DNA of 64,000 nt. It comes from Balanoglossus misakiensis. Lineage: Eukaryota > Animalia > Hemichordata. Under the pieces are notes generated by a model. It was not told where the DNA came from, ran no database searches, and was given only the letters and a program-made list of their open reading frames with translations. Within the stretch, counting starts at the first letter, position 1. Each line of letters begins with the position of its first letter. The stretch lies in the NCBI GenBank assembly GCA_040954595.2, contig CM082588.2, positions 8,974,844 to 9,038,843 of the forward strand, written 5' to 3'. Shown here piece after piece: positions 60,384 to 64,000 of the stretch. The position numbers were made by a program, and so were the translations under genes.

Positions 60384-63300
60384 ATGCAACGCGAGTATTC
60401 TCGTAGAAGTCCAGGTAAGGTATAACATGATGAACGTTACCTTATATATCCTTCCGTTCAGATAAATGTAGTTATAGCGGTCTTTCGCGGGTCGCGAACG
60501 GCCTCGGGCGCTGCCAGCTGTTCAGCGGCCGACCCGTAGCCCTCAACCACTCCCATGACAATCTGTTATCGTAGTGGTAGGGCGACGGACCAGCAGCAAC
60601 CAAAGCCAAACATTACACCATTATACGAAGGCGTGAATTCAAAAGATTCGTATCCGTCTTAGAGTAATCACACTGACTTTGATACCGGTGTACTTTAAGA
60701 AATTACAGCAAGTAGAATGTGTTTTTAGGTGATGAGTTGCAGGATTTGCTCTAGCTGCAATGATTGTAGCGGGTGCTGCTAGGTGCATTACCGCTACAAG
60801 GCCTTGTGTATAATTTTCCAATCAACTTTCGGTCGTCAGCTCAGTTACGGGGTTTAACTCTTACCTCCGATAGCATTTGAAAACCGAACGGGTGCATCCC
60901 CCCAAAAAAACACCTCCGACGCCCAAATTTCCCCCAAAATTGTCCTGCTTCCATTAAAAAAACGATAAATCCACTGTAGTTTCGCCGATGTGTTCCGCCA
61001 TGTTGGAGCAAACATGGCGGACAAAGTTTGTAAACATTGGCGAAACTTCAGTGGATTTATCGTTTTTTTAATGGAAGCAGGACAATTTTGGGGGAAATTT
61101 GGGCGTCGGAGGTGTTTTTTGGGGGGGATGCACCCGTTCGGTTTTCAAATGCTATCGGAGGTAAGAGTTAAACCCCGTAACTGAGCTGACGACCGAAAGT
61201 TGATTGGAAAATTACACACAAGGCCTTGTAGCGGTTATGCTGCACACCAGTCAACCAAGCAGCACCGGTCGCTACAATCATTGCAGCTAGATTTGCTCTA
61301 GCTCTGCGTGGCATAGGGAGCTCTCCCTCCTATGTTTGTAGTGTGTATGTTTGTTTAAGGCTATTGATTGATATAAATTATAAATAAACGAACATTTTTG
61401 TTTTGTTTTATATCATATAATGAACAAAAAACGTTAATTATTTACAATTGGTCACGTTTCTTTGTTGACAGGTTGGGTTTCGGGTTCAGTCACCCCACGG
61501 CATCACTCCCAATATAACTGTACTAGTATATACATGTAGGGAGTGAATGAACCCCAATTCTAAAACCAACCCTAACCCATCAACAAACAATAAACAAACG
61601 TGACAATATTTGTATACAATTATATTTTTCAAACATTTTGTTTTGTTTATTATATCAATAAATAGCATCAAACAAACAAACATACACACTACAACAATGG
61701 AGAGAGAGCTCCCTTTGGGCAGGGCTGTGTGTATTACCCCGATGCCTCACCGTAATACTATAGTCACAGCCCTGCCACACAGAGCTAGATTTGCTCTGAA
61801 CCTACATCAGCTGCAATGATTGTAGCGAATGCTGCTAGGTTGACTGGTGTGTTCACAGCCGAACGCACCAGGCAATCTAGCAGCACCCACTACAATCATT
61901 GCAGCTACTCTAAACCGATCCTCAATCTGTGGGAGCATACATGTACATGTACATAGTGCTGTGCCAAGGCTCAACATCTCACCCTTCCTGTTGATGTCCT
62001 GTGTGAATTATTTAAGCAATAAAACACCTCCAGCCATGGTATACCACTCGATTTTGACCAGTTCATGACATATACGCACGAGCGATAGCGAGTGCGTACA
62101 TGTATATGGAGTTGAACTGGTCAAAATCGAGTGGTATACCATGGCTGGGGTGTTTTATTGCTATTATATTATACCAGTATATTGAAACTTTGCATAAAAC
62201 ATTTTAAAAAGGCATTTTCTTTGACTATGAGTTTTGCGTGATATATGACTGTGGTATATGACTAATATATCACAGTCACGTGTCGTGTCTCGACCAATAA
62301 AATAGCGTGATTTACACCATCAATATACTGGTACAGTGAAACCTGGCAAAACCGACCTCACCTCGGACCACACATTCTGGTCGGTTTTCACAGTGGGTCG
62401 GTTTACTCAGAGTGGGCGTGGCTTCCCCCTCCCCATGAACCCTTTGACCCCGATCTCATACACACAGTGCACAGCAGACACACGCACGATATGCACACGT
62501 TGTACATTCATGTATATTTCAAATAAAAGGTAATTAAAAAACTTCTGTACAGTGTAATTTCTGAAAATTGTTAAAAATAAAAAAAGTAAATTCAAGTTCG
62601 TTCGCGTGCTGAGTGGGTAAACAGGAAGACGTACACGGTATTGTTACGATCGCATCGGCAGAATGTTGGGCAATTGATTTCCTGGAAACTACTGATAAGT
62701 TGTCGTAAACAACATCCAGTCTATTTTTTCTTCATAAAACTGTCGAGAGATGATTGTTTTAGGGAACATCGCTTCTCGGTGCAGTACTGTTTGATAAATC
62801 GCCGCCCTTATCAACACTGCGTGGCCGCACTGTTGGTTGTACACTGTATTGTTTACAAAAAGAGATTCACACCTCGCCACCGGGAAGACTTATCAGTAAA
62901 TTGCTAACGAAGTGTTGACAAACCGTCGCTTTGACTATTGTTTGGAAGACAGGAAAACCAAAATTAGCACATCGTTGCGGTAATTTTTGATCAAAGACAT
63001 GATTTCAACCTTTACAATAAAGTGATCGGTCGGTCTATTCAGGTTGAATTTGAGGGGTGGGACCGACCAACGCGGTCGGTGTTCGAAGTAGACAGTGGTC
63101 GGTATTCAGAGTGACTTTTACCATTGGCGTCAATGGGAAATTTTCGGGACTAAACAGATCGGTCGATTTTCACAGGAAGTCGGTTTACCCAGGGGTCGGT
63201 TTTGCCAGGTTTTACTGTATAATATAATTGATTTTTTTGTCATTCCTACAAGAGAGAGAGGGACATGGAGAGAGAGGTAGGGAGGGAAGGAGGGAGAGAG

Positions 63301-63626
63301 AGAGAGAGACAGACAGACAGAAAGAGACAGAGTGGGCTTGCAATTTATCATACTGTTAAATGTGTATGTATAGAAAATATAGCGGTGTAATAAATTATTC
63401 TTTAAAGCCTAAAGAATGTTTGAAAATGTCCTACATTGGATGTGAACAGAATTTAGATGAAGAACAGTGTAACTTCAAGTTGGTAAGAACTTTAAATTCT
63501 CTCACATGATAATCTTACTTAACTAATCCCTTTGTTTCTACTATTGTTTTAGCTGTCAAGCGGTTGATGAGAGAAGCGCAAGAGTTACATGAACCAACAG
63601 AAAATTATTATGCACAACCTCTTGAT
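60384..63626 (+). CDS. UBE2J1: Ubiquitin-conjugating enzyme E2 J1, exons 1-2 (gene continues beyond window)
   Basis: Exon 1 60384-60414 MQREYSRRSP(A)|gtaagg; exon 2 63553-63626 AVKRLMREAQELHEPTENYYAQPLD|gtaagt. Closely resembles the recalled vertebrate N-terminus METRYNLKSPAVKRLMKEAAELKDPTDHYHAQPLE. An acceptor-like TTTCTTTTAG ends at 63999. Confidence 0.85.
60752..61289. mobile_element. Foldback (MULE/FB-like) element with ~240-bp arms and 9-bp TSD
   Basis: Near-perfect palindrome with TAGCTGCAATGATTGTAGC termini, flanked by GATTTGCTC at 60743-51 and 61290-98. Confidence 0.88.
61299..61787. mobile_element. Second foldback-type element with the same 9-bp TSD
   Basis: TIR TAGCTCTG(C/T)GTGGCA; degenerate internal inverted arms; GATTTGCTC at 61290-98 and 61788-96. 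Confidence 0.8.
62334..63217. mobile_element. Tc1/mariner (pogo/Tigger-like) non-autonomous element
   Basis: TA|CAGT(G/A)AAACCTGGCAAAACCGACC...GGTCGGTTTTGCCAGGTTTTACTG|TA. Confidence 0.85.
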
Positions 63627-64000
63627 GTAAGTATGACTGTCTATAATTCTGTACCACATTTCCTTTTGTTTTTTACATAACATTAGAACAGTTTGTTTAC
63701 AGATTAATAGAATCTCACACACACCAAGGACCTGGGATCGTATTTCTCATACGAGCTTGGGATATTGGGATAAAAAACAAACAAACTTGTGGTGTGTCAT
63801 ACATGTATTTCTCACACGGACAGCCAAATTCGTGTTAAAAACATTGAATAAATGACTCTGGAACTGTTGTATGGCATGTTGTAGTCTCTGTCCCTGTAAT
63901 ACACATCGTGCCGATGGATAACATGTAGCGCACGTTAAGTAAAGAATGCTTTGTCATTCAATTAGCGCTCATGTCATATACAGCTTTCGTTTCTTTTAGA

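Noticed and set aside
61555-61580. CCCTAACCC as an interstitial telomere
   Set aside because: Only one to two units, inside a foldback element.
63426-63482. ATG-initiated mini-exon as UBE2J1 exon 1
   Set aside because: Its donor is phase 0 while exon 2 needs phase 1; 60384-60414 fits both homology and phase.

Overview
Eukaryotic (animal) genomic DNA: AT-rich, intron-rich and dense in MITEs. A marine invertebrate, probably a deuterostome such as an echinoderm, is my inference and is not established. Genes read from the sequence: (1) a 29-exon, ~1316-aa xanthine oxidoreductase-family molybdo-flavoenzyme on the minus strand (26801->7646) whose substrate-site residues look like an aldehyde oxidase rather than XDH; it has a U12-type intron 2, a duplicated terminal-exon stub and one defective splice acceptor; (2) two tandem two-exon K2P potassium channel genes (minus); (3) a small single-EGF type I membrane protein with an ITAM-like/YxxM tail (plus); (4) the first two exons of UBE2J1 (plus). 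Mobile DNA: a CR1 LINE with an uninterrupted EN+RT ORF2 inserted tail-to-tail 16 bp from the oxidase stop codon, an L2 fragment nested in a TTAA-flanked DNA element, many MITEs, and an insertion hotspot in UBE2J1 intron 1 where two different TAGCT-ended foldback elements sit in tandem on a triplicated 9-bp target, with a third beside them. I found no prokaryotic-type system such as CRISPR. All gene models and homolog comparisons were made by eye and from recalled reference sequences; no searches were run.
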